Source of the DNA: Tubiluchus corallicola
Lineage: Eukaryota; Animalia; Priapulida
Direction: 5' to 3'
Assembly (NCBI GenBank): GCA_030141605.1
Contig: JAQGDQ010000791.1
Span: forward strand, 31,371-95,370
DNA length: 64,000 nt
Position 1 is the first letter of the stretch, and each line of letters opens with the position of its first letter. The notes under the pieces were generated by a model, which was not told the DNA's origin, searched no databases, and worked only from the letters and a program-made list of their open reading frames with translations. Positions 12,495 through 25,400 of this stretch are shown here, piece by piece. The position numbers and the translations under genes were made by a program.

Positions 12495-12785
12495 ACTGTT
12501 CAATCTATTCATCTTGTACGTTGATGTATATAGCTGTCGCTGGAGTGAAATCAATTGATTTATTGATTGATTTCATTTATTGATTAATCGATTGATTAAT
12601 TGATTGAATTATAAAATAATGTAAATGTGCATTGTTAATTAAACACCAGAAAGACGTATAATGGTTGCATGACAAGCCATTAGTGAACAGTTTGCATTTC
12701 ACTGAACATTTATATCAATATTGATGGTGTCACACAAATGAATGTGCAGCTGTGAGAAGCTTGAAAAAATACTCCGCAATCAGTG

Positions 12786-13428
12786 ATGATGTATTCCATT
12801 ACATGTTTAACACTGTGTGTTGTAGCTTTGACTAATGGATTAACAGTATTACGAGAAAGTAAGTTGTGTTCTAATATAATAGATATAGTAAGTAGATAAT
12901 AATAGAATAGAAAGTAATAATAGTTTATAATAGAAAGTAAGTAGCTATAAGCAGGTATAATTATAGTTGTATTCTTGTGGTTAATGGTGGGATGTCACAC
13001 TGCCTGGTTGTAGCTTTGATTAATGGATTATGTTCTATGTCCTATAATTAACAGCATTACAAGAAAGTAAGTTATTGTATAGTAATTATAAATGTAGTAA
13101 TTCTAGCCTCTCTGTGGAAACGACTTGTAGAAAATTGCTGAAACCTACCAGGAAGTTGCCTGATGGATACGAGGCGGAGGGGGAAAACGTTTGTAAGAGA
13201 TGACCTTCTCTGCTTGTGAGAGACCACTACTTCATGATGCCCAAAGTGAAAAAATTCATGTTTGAGTAGCTTTATTACGTTTTATCTGTAAAAAAAATCA
13301 TAACAAAATATGACAAACTAATTTGAGCCAAAAAAGAAACAAAGAAATTAATGATAAAGTGAGACTGAATAAACTTACATCATGGCTCTACTACTCTTGA
13401 CAAGTAAATGGTTCAACTGAGACAAAAC

Positions 13429-13500
<72 letters not shown>

Positions 13501-16500
13501 CCACCAACAACAACAACAACAACCTTATTAATCAAGAACAGACTGCCAACAGACCAGGTAAACCATCTCTGTCAGTAGAGCATGACAAAAAGAAGCCAAG
13601 TCAAGACATACATACATGAATGCAGCTAAAAAGGGCAGTAAAGGTAGTTTACAGAATGAGAGAACACTGAAGTAATAAAATAACCTAAATTCCTTCACAT
13701 TGCTCATTCATTTTAGGAAACAATGTAGTTGCTAAAACGATGGGAAAACGATTATCAGTTCTTGGAGAATGCCTTAAGATATTAAAATGGCAGTCTGTTG
13801 GAATTATTGTGCTGAATCACACAGGTAACATATTGTTGATTCCTATCTACCATTCTAGTTCATGACCACTCAAAGGACGGGGCTTCAGCAAAAGACACAG
13901 ACAACGACGGCGATGATGATAGATGTTGATGACGATGATGATGAAAATGATGATGACGATGACGACGACGATGATGATGATAATGATGATGAAAATGATG
14001 ATGATGACGACGACGACGACGATGATGATGATGATGATGATTGTTATTCTGTGCATTTAAGCACTGCAAGGTTCTACTAGCATTGGAGGGAAGCATCATT
14101 ACCAAAGAAGATAAAGATATATACCTTGTTACCTTTTTGTTATATCTATAATTTTTAAAAAATGGTCTATAAATACAGTATTATTTACTTTTTCTTGCTT
14201 ATATGCTTACTTACCTACTTGCTTACTTGCTTATTTACAACAATGTATGCAGATAAACTTCATAACAGCATAACACACTTCAGAGAGTTCAGTGCAGAGT
14301 GAACGAGCCAAGGAGAAATTGACAAGCTGTGGATTATGTCAGTTACTGAAAAAACATGCCTTAATAAATATTACTCAGTAAGCCTTTCCATAGATGTAAC
14401 GATTGATGATGATCGTGAGGAAGCCGAAAGTTAGGTGTACCAGACAATGATTCTGACAACTCCTCGCAGCCCATGCTATTGTAATAGTAACAGTTTTAAC
14501 AGGTAGCTAGAACTTTACCTAGTTCATTTTTCTTGTTCCCAAACAAGATCCTGCTACTAAATCACTCTACGCACAGGCTAATGCATAATTAAGTAAAATC
14601 CACGTAAAACAACTAAAGTTACTGAACTGATGCTGCAGACGGCTGTGCTTTACTCACATGTCACGCTTGTCGTTAAGATGCATTAATGTGGCACACTTAA
14701 ACTTTGAGTGTTCTCGCGAAACAATTAAAATTATTGAACTGATGCAGGATATGGCTTTGCTTTACGTGACGACTCTAGTTCAAACGCGTTGCTGTGGCAC
14801 ACTTAACCTTTCACCTACGGCAAGTGCACGTTCACACAACGAAACTGCGAAAGGACTTATAGGTAGAATATTAAAAGTGTAATCAATAATCATTAATCAG
14901 TAATCTTTAATATAATCAATAAATAGCAAGAAACAAAAACTAAAACAAAAGCTATCGATTAACACAAATGAAATATACATACATATCATTAATTAATATC
15001 ATAGCTAGCTATAGTTAGTCGCCAATGTACTAAAATTTTTCATTAATGATAGTAAAAGATATCTGCAGGCTCATGAATAGTAAAAAAAATCCATTTATTC
15101 CACACAATTACAATGCATAATTTTCCTTTTGTTGTAGGTAAAGCTAATTATCTGGAGGATTTCACATATTATATTTTCCAACATCTCAACATCATGGCTA
15201 TAACATTGATAAACGATAACCATGAGGCAACATGGGAACTCTTCATTTCTAAAAAGCAAAAAATTAACAACTTTGTGGTCTTTGGAGACTCACTGAAGTC
15301 CTCCAGTCTTGTGGAATTGGTAAGTTTTTCTTTTCAACGTGTTTAAAGATTTTGTAAATTGTTTCTACATGGAGTGTTAAAATGGTGCACAGCTAGAGCA
15401 TCTCATAAATTTGAACTCCAGTTAGCTCCAGTTTAGGTCCAGTAAAGTATTAGACATCTTAACCTAGTCACTGGGGGGGGGGGAGCCATCCCAAATCAGT
15501 GCCGGTCCCAAGCCCAGATAAACAGGGAGGGTTAGGGTCAGGAAGGGCATCCGCCTGTAGAGGGCTGTAAGCAGCTTCTCAAAAGAAGACCGAAGAGAAG
15601 AAAATGGGTGTGGTGGAGATGAGGATGTTGAGATGGATGGTGGAAATAACAGGAAGAGATAAAATTAGAAATAATAATATCAGAGGAACAGTAAAAGTAG
15701 TGGAAGCCTCGCAAGATTGCGATGGTATGGACACCTGAAAAGAAGAGTCGGTGAAGATCATGTGGGAAGGGAAGTCATAAATGAAGAGATGGTCAACAAC
15801 AGGAATGCGTGGAGAAGACTCATTCACAACGGCGACCCCGCATAGGGAAAAGCTGGGAAGAAGAAGAAGAAGAAGAAGAAGAAAGTATTAGACATCTTAA
15901 GACGTTATAATCTTAAGATCTGCACCTTTTCATAATTATTAAATAAATAATGAAGTAATAAGAAACAATGATGGCAGAATATATTGGCTCATTCGTTCAC
16001 AAGTAGCAAGAGTTACATAATGGTTTTGATGTGTTGTATTTGTACATTTTTTGCAGGCAATGTCTTCCAGTCGATTTGATTTCGTCAATCGATGGATATT
16101 TGTTTTAGAAGATAAACCTCAAGCATTTGTCTACGTCATTCCAGCATTTGCGCATGCGCTCATTATTAGTCCACCACATTCTTCAGTTAATAAGGTTGGT
16201 ACATATTAAGGCGTGTTCAGACTAGAGAGCTTTTAGCTAGAGTCCTGTGTTGAAAAGGAAATCTTGTGCATTACATGGCTCTTAGTATACATATAATATT
16301 ATATATACATATTATATTTATCAGAGACAATTGGATTCAATGTCTTATTCAGCTTTAACTTCATATTGCGATACATAAATATTGTTTCTGACTTTTTAGA
16401 GTAAAGATGTTAACCTTTACACCATAAAGACGGTGTCAGCATCTGGGACCCCACCTGGAATCAGAAATACTCTTCAGAAATTGATGAAACCCATTAAGGT

Positions 16501-18423
16501 GTGAGCGAGTTAACTTTACTGAGACGAGCTTAGATTTTGTCATTTTTTCAGACTTCACATTTTAATTTTTGGTATCACAGTAAAATCTCGTGTAATTTAC
16601 TCAAACTAGCCTAGCAACAGCGCTGCAAAGGACCGATTAGCTTTGCAAGATCTCCAGATGCTTTATCAATTTCTATCTCTTTTCTAGGAAAAACGTCTCT
16701 TGAAGGAAGAATATTTTTTCCCAATGACAAAATACAAATTAAATGGAAGAAAACTTAAAATTGGAGCAATGATCAATTACGTATGTTAAACCGTTTTAAA
16801 AACGTAATTTTTTTGGTAATTGAATTGGTGCAACAAATTTCCAACTGTTAGCAGATGATTATTGCAAGAAACAATTCATATGTCGTGAGTGCTTACTTCT
16901 CTCGTCATTGTCATCATCATTGCCATCTTCTTCATGCTCCTTACTATCACCATCGTTGTCGTAACCATCATCATCAATCTCTGCAACGTCATCATTATCA
17001 CATCACAAACGAATCAACCATGGACTGGCGTGTATCTGAACTGCTTGGCTTCTCTGAAGGAGTTAAAATGTTGCTATTGTTACTGCAACTGAATATCCAT
17101 CTAATCATATCCATCTGTAACTCCACCAATTGTATTGTTTTTGTTACACACTTACTTGGAAAATTCCCAGAAGTTTTCTGGTTAGAGGGAATTTTCAATG
17201 GTAGAGAGTTTGTGTTTAACGTTTTTTACTTTGTAATTATGGACTAAATAACTTAGTAGAATTTTTGTTTTTCTGCAGTGGAGTTGGAAGCTTTAGCCTG
17301 CCTTAGAATTTATTTTCTCAATAAGTTCTTTGTTGATTTTGCCTTTTCTTGTTGTTATAGATATCCCGTTCAGCGGTGGGTGTAGTAGGCATATTTAGAA
17401 TTTGCGAGAGGGCCACGGCGTCCCGCAACGGACGTTTTCCCGGACTCAACTCGCGATTTTTTCGAAATTTTGATCAAACAGCATGCGGCAAAAACGTTCT
17501 AGCGGCGCCTGGTGGGACTCTCAAAAGGAGATAAACTTTAGAAGGAGCAAGAACAGGGCTACACGATGATGTGGGCTATATTTTGGGACACGTCCACTGA
17601 GAGGGGTCGCGAGGAGTTAATTAGATGTTCTATTTTTGGCAATTTTCGCTTAGAAAACTGCTGATGCAAAGCCATTGTTGTGACGTCATCCATTAGACTC
17701 TGTCTATAACCTTATAGCTTTAGTTCAGTAAAAGCTGCTACTGGCTTTGCATTATAAATGAGGACTAGGTAGGATGTTTGTGTATTTTTGATTATACGTG
17801 TATTTATATGCAAAATTTTTTGCGGGGCCTTTGCTAGTCTATATTATTACAGCAGCTGATCATACTAAGAATCGCTATTAAGCTTTAAGACTTGATACAT
17901 ACTTCACATAAAAGAGTGCATTCATAAATAAGAGCACTTGGCATATTTACGCAATACCATAATTATAATGACCATGTTCATAACTTTATATGCTGTTTCA
18001 AAATGACTATAATTCCATAAAATGTTATTAATTCATTACTAAACATATATCATATTATTGTATCCATGTTCCCATCTTTTTCATCTTTGTCACTATTATC
18101 GTCATTCAATCTCTCTGACGTCATCATCAACTCGTCATAAATGAATCAAGCATGAACTGACGTAATTAGACCCTTTCCTGTGACAGGAGAGTTTTCAACT
18201 CTTTGCAATGTATAGGCTAATACTTGTAAATTAAATACATTGTATATATTTAATTAAATTAAATGTACATAAATTCGTTACACTTTAGTCTATATTTTTA
18301 GTCTGCACCATATCTTGTTCCTGGAAATTCGGAAGCTGGCATGAATCATTCTGGATTGATCATCAATATTCTCAACAGTTTGGCAGACATGTTTAATTTC
18401 ACGTATGTATATTTTCTCTCTTC

Positions 18424-18497
<74 letters not shown>

Positions 18498-21400
18498 TCC
18501 TCTCTCTCGCTCTCTAATTATTTGATTATTAAGGCCTCCGTTCTTGTACGACACGTGATATTAGTGCTCCAAATTTTCATCGTTTTCAGCTAGTCGAAAC
18601 GTTTGGCGGGATTTTAACTTTTTAATGTAAAAGTTTTTATAAAGTTGCGTTATTTTTAATTATTCATACTTATCTTGTTTCAATAAGCTTGTGATTCTTG
18701 GTACTGTACGTGCCTTGAAATTGAACATTGACAGTATACATATTCGAAATGATTGTTAGTAAGACGATGTATGCCTACTCAGGGGCGTGGCAACACTTAA
18801 CGACCCCCTGGGCTGACAGTTCCGCCCCGCATAGCTCTATTATGAATTCATGGTTGCTAACGTAATTGAGCGGATTAAACAATTACTTGTGGTGTAGTAG
18901 AAACACTACGTAGTTTCCATGTGGTCCTTTTTAATTACATGTATTTGCATAGCACTTATATTCCAGCAGGCTGCACAACTGCTTGTTGCGTGATACCTTG
19001 CACCTGTTCATTATGTTGCACTTATATAAAAGCTACTTTCACTAACTGCCTGTGGTGTGTTATAGAATGCGCCCTTTACATGAATATGAACGTATACACA
19101 AATTCTGAGGAGAATAAGAATTTTTTCTAAAATGTGACACCCCTCAAACTATAGCTTAGTTAGCATATTAGTTAATGCTCCACTGGGCCTACTTGCATAG
19201 AAATTTATTTTTTGCTTCGAGAACTCTTTTCAGGTTCTATAGATGTGTATTTCTGGAATGATTAGACTGAGACTTGTTCAGTAATTTTTATCTAATCGCA
19301 GAACCTCAAAATTCGGTTAGTGTAGCTAGAAAGAAATTGTGAATTAAATTTAATTAAAGTGAATTGAATTGAATTTAGTTTTACTTGCAAGATGTACATT
19401 TCATTACTAGCTGGAAAAAACCACAAACGCAAAAACATTTTGACAAAATTTAAGGATGATTATTGCACTGGAACATGTGTTAAAGGTTAAACAATGATAT
19501 AAGTCACTTTAACTTCACATTTAGGATACAACGTAAATATGTACAGTCAACCTCGGGTATAAGGTACTCGCTTATAAGGTACTCGATATATAAGGTACTC
19601 GCTTATAAGATACTCGCTTATAAGGTACTTGCTTATAAGATGCTTGCTTATAAGGAGCACTCGCTTATAAGATACTCGCTTATAAGATACTCGCTTATAA
19701 GGTACTTGCTTATAAGGTACTTGCTTATAAGATACTCGCTTATAAGGTACTTGCTTATAAGATACTCGCTTATAAGATACTCGCTTATAAGATACTCGCT
19801 TATAAGATACTCGCTTATAAGGTACTTGCTTATAAGATACTCGCTTATAAGGGACCACCAACACTGGTCCCGATTTTCATAACGTTTTTCCTCTGTAAAA
19901 ATTTCCGAATATAAGGTACTCGGATATAAGGGACTTTTGGTTATAAGGGACGATATCTTCAAGTCCCGCGTAACAGAAACCCAGGTAAATTACCTCGCAT
20001 ATAAGGACCCTAAGATCAAAGCGAAATTGATCGATTTTTAATCTCAATTTTTCACGAACTCGGACTTCGAACAGCTCGGTTTCCGGATTCACATAATCTC
20101 ACATCACTGAAGGAGCTTCCTACATACCGTTTGCACTGAATGTGTAGCAATAATCCATAAAAATATGGGTAAAAGTACACCCTCGGTCTGACTCAACGGC
20201 TATAAGCGACATCGGATATAAGGGACCAATTTTTTCCGGTCCGGAGGCGTCCCAGGTGTATTTTAACTGTAAACAAATCACATTTTACCAAATATTAAAC
20301 TTCTAATCAAGGTATGAGAACCATTTCCGACACTTGTAAACCAAGTACGGATAATTCTAGAGAAAAACAAGTTGATTTTTTGTGCATCTGTGCAGAATCT
20401 GTCACATTCTCATTCATGCATGTTCATCCTTAGTGGCGGCTGGTTATTAAAATGGGGGGGGGGGTGCTATTTCAGAAAAATTTTAGCCATTGTTTCAATT
20501 CTGCGTAAAACGACGCAAACGTAATAATTATCATGTAATTTTAAACAAATAAACGCACGAAATTTTATACATAAATTTGATAAAACATAAACAAAAAAGT
20601 ATGTTTGCCTTTACTTATGCCTAACTTGTCGCAGTTCAAGCTTGATCCATACATGGTAAACACGTGACAACTGGCAACAAACTGTGTGAGCGACAGAACT
20701 TTCTCTACCTGGGCTCAGACATGTGCACATGGCCGCATGCGCACGAACAGCCAAACGCACCACTGTGTTGGGCTGTGAAGCAAACAGTACGACCCTTACG
20801 TACTCTGGTTCCGCACAAGTATAAGGAAAGATCTAAAGAAAAAATCTTATTATATTGAATATTATCGATAATATTGCGTGAAAATAGGGGGTGTTGCAGT
20901 TCCATAGTACTTACACACGAGCTGCCGCTGTCAAAATTTAAAAACAATTTGTTTGCAGCCAGTGAAAAGAGGTTCGTCTAAATGTAGTACGTAAGCAATT
21001 TTTGACTATTGAAATCTTGAATTTTGAAATTTTATAACAGAATTATTTGCTATGATAACAATCAGGTTTTGCCTTGAAAATGTACAATTCATTTGCCCCG
21101 CGAAGGCAATAGCCCTCCCTCCTCCCCACCCAGCGCCTCTTACGCCTCCGTTCATCCTTGTCTACGACAGATAAGGGCTTTCATTGCACGCCGAAACGTT
21201 CCTAATTTTCCGGAGTACACGAACACATTTACGAACGAGTTGCACATGCCTAGTAGCAAAGTAAAATTTAACAGTAGAGGTTTTACTGTAATGAAACACA
21301 ACTTGTAATACATGCAGAGATAATGGAGCGGAAAGAGTACTAAAAAAGGGCACCAGAACGCTAGGTAAAGGATAACTGTCATGCCTAGCGCTTTTGCTAT

Positions 21401-22389
21401 CTTCAACTTTTGTTTCAATTCGTCGCCACGTGGAGCTCTTTCGTTTACGCTTTTCAAAGCAGAAATTGATTTTTGCTATCTCACTGCGACAAGTCCTATT
21501 CGAGAGTAACAAAATACCAGCAAAGCAATAAAAATTGTCCCCCATCCCACGTTTGAAACAAAAATACACGTGCCGTAATAGCTAGAAAAATGTACGCAAG
21601 ATAATCCCGTGTAATCGCTTATATAATACGTAATTGCACCTATTACTGTGAAGAGAATTGTAAGGGCCCATGCTAAAGCAATAGCAACTTTGCCAGTTTT
21701 TGGTGTCACCCATCTAGGATAGTCCAGCGGGTAAACAATGGCAATATACCTTTCAACCGTTAATGCCATGTACATTATTTCGGAGCCATAAATGTTAAAC
21801 ATCATTAGGCTAACGACGCATGTGCAGAAACCAATCTTGCATCGAAGACCAGCCAGAAGTCCCACGAAGAGAACGACCAATCCAATGCCCGTTGATGAGT
21901 CTGCGACACCCAGATTTGCAATGAAATAGAAAGGCAGTTCGTGGAGTGCAGGTGTATAGATGATTGTTATAAGTATCAAAAAGTTACCAGTTATAATACC
22001 GGTACCGACCAATAGATTGCCAAAGTTGGTTAACAAATGTGCTAGATGGTGATCTAAAACACTTTTGCAGCCCGTGTGGATCCCATTGTCATCAAGAGAA
22101 TATGAAATGTCCGATTTATTGTGCAGCTCTGGGTTTATTGAGGAGTTGTCCCATTCTGTAACTTCCAATATGTTATCCAGCTGATCCATTTTACGCGATG
22201 TCCTGTCAGTGCTTGTTTATTTTTATTTTAATCTGAAAATAATTTATTTCGTAACTTCAGTAATAATATAGTTGCTTGAGAGGAAGAGAGGGCAGAGAGA
22301 GAAAAAGAGAGAGAGAAAGAGAGATGGAAAGAGAGAGACAGAAAAAGAGAGAAAGCGAGAGGGAGAAAGAGAGAAAGGAGAGTGAGAGT

Positions 22390-22444
<55 letters not shown>

Positions 22445-25400
22445 GAGAGAGAGAGAGAGAAACAGAACGAGATTTGATTTGATTTAACGCTTTATTTCGA
22501 ATCAAAATTCATATTTACACGCACAAAATAAAAATCAAACATAAAAAATACATGCACCACAATTACACGATATCTACAATGCTACATACTACATACACAA
22601 AAGATAAAGATAAATTATCCAGTGATGCTTAGCACCAAAAAGTGCCTAACTATAATTACAAAATAACAAGATCCTCCACTGTCTTCTAATGTCAGAAGTG
22701 TATGCCACTTTCAGTTAAAGCTTTAATTAATGAATTTGTACTACACATTACTCTCGTGTACAAATTGTAAGCCATTTTCTTATGTATAACATCAAAGTAT
22801 GTAACATTATGATTTACTGAAATTATTCTAGCACTGTCATCGTATGAATAAGTGAAAAGTTTCCGTTTAGAGATGTTATGAGCTACTTTAAGTTTAGTTA
22901 AACTATAGTTATAAAAATGCCGCCACATTGCCATACCATAGAATGAATTACGAATTGAACAAACAAGTTTTAACGCTATTTGTACAATGATAAAATTTTC
23001 TCAAGATACTGTTTGCTCTAACATAGTAGATATTTCTTTGCCTAATAATATCGATGTCATCTCTATTATCTCTAGAAATTATGTGGCCAAGATACTTCTC
23101 CGTTTCGCACAGACGAATTACGCTACCAACTACAGTAATAGATCCAAAAATGAACTGACGCATACTGGGGGGAGGGGGGGGAGCAATGCTTAGAAGTTTC
23201 GTTTTTTCAACTTTTAACATCATGTCATGTTTGTCAGCGTAGCGAACATATGTATTCGCTAGAGTTTGTTAAGCTGATGTAGTTGAAGCTAACAAACATC
23301 CATCGTCTGCAAACATCAAGTGATTGATGTACGTTTTTCCAATTTGGCAGCCAAGACTGCTTGATGTAAGAGCAATGCTTAAGTCCCGTAAGTATTGGTT
23401 AAATAAAATAGGCGACATTTTAGCGCCTTGACGAACCCCATTTCGACCCTAAACGTTACAGAATAAAAATTACCACATCTTACTAACATGCTTTGTTGTG
23501 AATAATAAAACGTTAGTAAACGAATAACAATATTAGTAAAATCAGTGTTTGTTGGCTTTAAAAACAGTTTATAGTAATTCACTCTATCAAAAGCTTTTGA
23601 CGCATCGAAAAATAAAATGTGAACTGGACTCTCCCGTTGAACATAATAATCAATTACCTCCTTCATGGTGTATAAACACATTTCTGTACCTAATTTATCA
23701 ACGTAATCGAAAGTAAATAGCCGTACCTGTTTAACAGTAAAATTTCAAGAGGTTTGCTAGATACTGGGGAGAGTGCTATCGGCCTGTAATTACTTGTGAC
23801 TGTGACGAGAGAAAGAGAGAGAGAGACAGAGAGACGGGGGGGAAGAAAGAGAAACTGAAAGAGAGAGACAGAGAGACGGGGGGAGGAAGAAAGAGAAACT
23901 GAAAGAGAGAAAGGGAGAGAGAGACAGAGAGACGGGGGGAGGAAGAAAGAGAAACTGAAAGAGAGAAAGAGAGAGAGAGACAGAGAGACGGGGGGAAGAA
24001 AGAGAAACTGAAAGAGAGAGACAGAGAGACGGGGGGAGGAAGAAAGAGAAACTGAAAGAGAGAAAGGGAGAGAGAGACAGAGAGACGGGGGGAGGAAGAA
24101 AGAGAAACTGAAAGAGAGAAAGAGAGAGAGAGACAGAGAGACGGGGGGAGGAAGAAAGAGAAACTGAAAGAGAGAGACAGAGAGACGGGGGGAGGAAGAA
24201 AGAGAAACTGAAAGAGAGAGACAGAGAGACGGGGGAGGAAGAAAGAGAAACTAAAAGAGAGAAAGGGAGAGAGAGACAGAGAGACGGGGGGAAGAAAGAG
24301 AAACTGAAAGAGAGAGACAGAGAGACGGGGGGAGGAAGAAAGAGAAACTGAAAGAGAGAAAGGGAGAGAGACAGAGACACGGGGAGAGGAAGAAAAAGAA
24401 ACTGAAAGAGAGAAAGGGAGAGAGACAGAGACACGGAGGAGAGGAAGAAAAAGAAACTGAAAGAGAGAAAGGGAGAGAGACAGAGACACGGAGGAGAGGA
24501 AGAAAAAGAAACTGAAAGAGAGAGTGAGTGAGCAGAGAATCAGAGAGAGTGAGAAACAAAGATTGAATGGGATGGTGATTTTTTCTCGAATGATTGTACC
24601 CAAGCACCTAATACACAAGAAAGAGTTTCAGGTATCTTTATCAGAGAACAGGAGTTAAGGTAAACTATAAAGGCTAAATAAGAAATATAATTATTTAATT
24701 CATTAAAATAGTTTAAAATATATAAAATATGTAATACACAAAAGATTTAAAAATTTATTTAAAAACTCAAAGGGTAAAGTTAAGTAACATAATTAAGAAA
24801 TACAATTATTTTGATATAATATTATAACTTACATTTGTGTTGCCCAACAAAATTTGCTCTACCTTAATTAACATAAAATTAAACATAAATCTTAATTAAC
24901 GGAAAATTAATTATAATAATTAAGAAATATAATTATTTTGATATAATATGTATTGTCATAACTTACATTTGTGTCTCCCAGCAAAAGTTGTTCGCTCTTT
25001 CTTTTACAAAAAATTTTGCTAGAACATTTTTTGAAGTTCAGGAAATGTGATTATAACAAAATGAGTTGTTTTGATTGACAATGATGTCTCAACAAATGGA
25101 TTGATACAAATCGCGAGCAATGTGTGTATATAAACTTCTGTCTGTTTTTGCGTGCGCAGCAACATGGGAGCTAAAATGTTTCTTTTCAGGCGTTAAGTTT
25201 TCTTATTCCCTTTTATGCGTGTGACTGATTGTCAGTGGCGGATCTTAGCTGAAATTACAGGGGGTACTGCTTCAGAAATTTTTTTAGCCATTGTTTTATT
25301 ACTGTGTAAAACGAAACAAACATATGTAATTTTAATAATGTAATTTGTAATTATAATTTAAGCAGATTGACATACGAAAGTTTATACATAAACTTCATAA

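Noticed and set aside
18780-19145. hAT MITE (CAGGGGCGTGGCA...TGTGACACCCCTC)
   Set aside because: The TIRs are imperfect and there is no TSD; support is insufficient.
21152-22189. Two separate genes, or a frameshifted GPCR
   Set aside because: Both ORFs are in the same frame, separated by one TAG, and together make a single 7TM protein.
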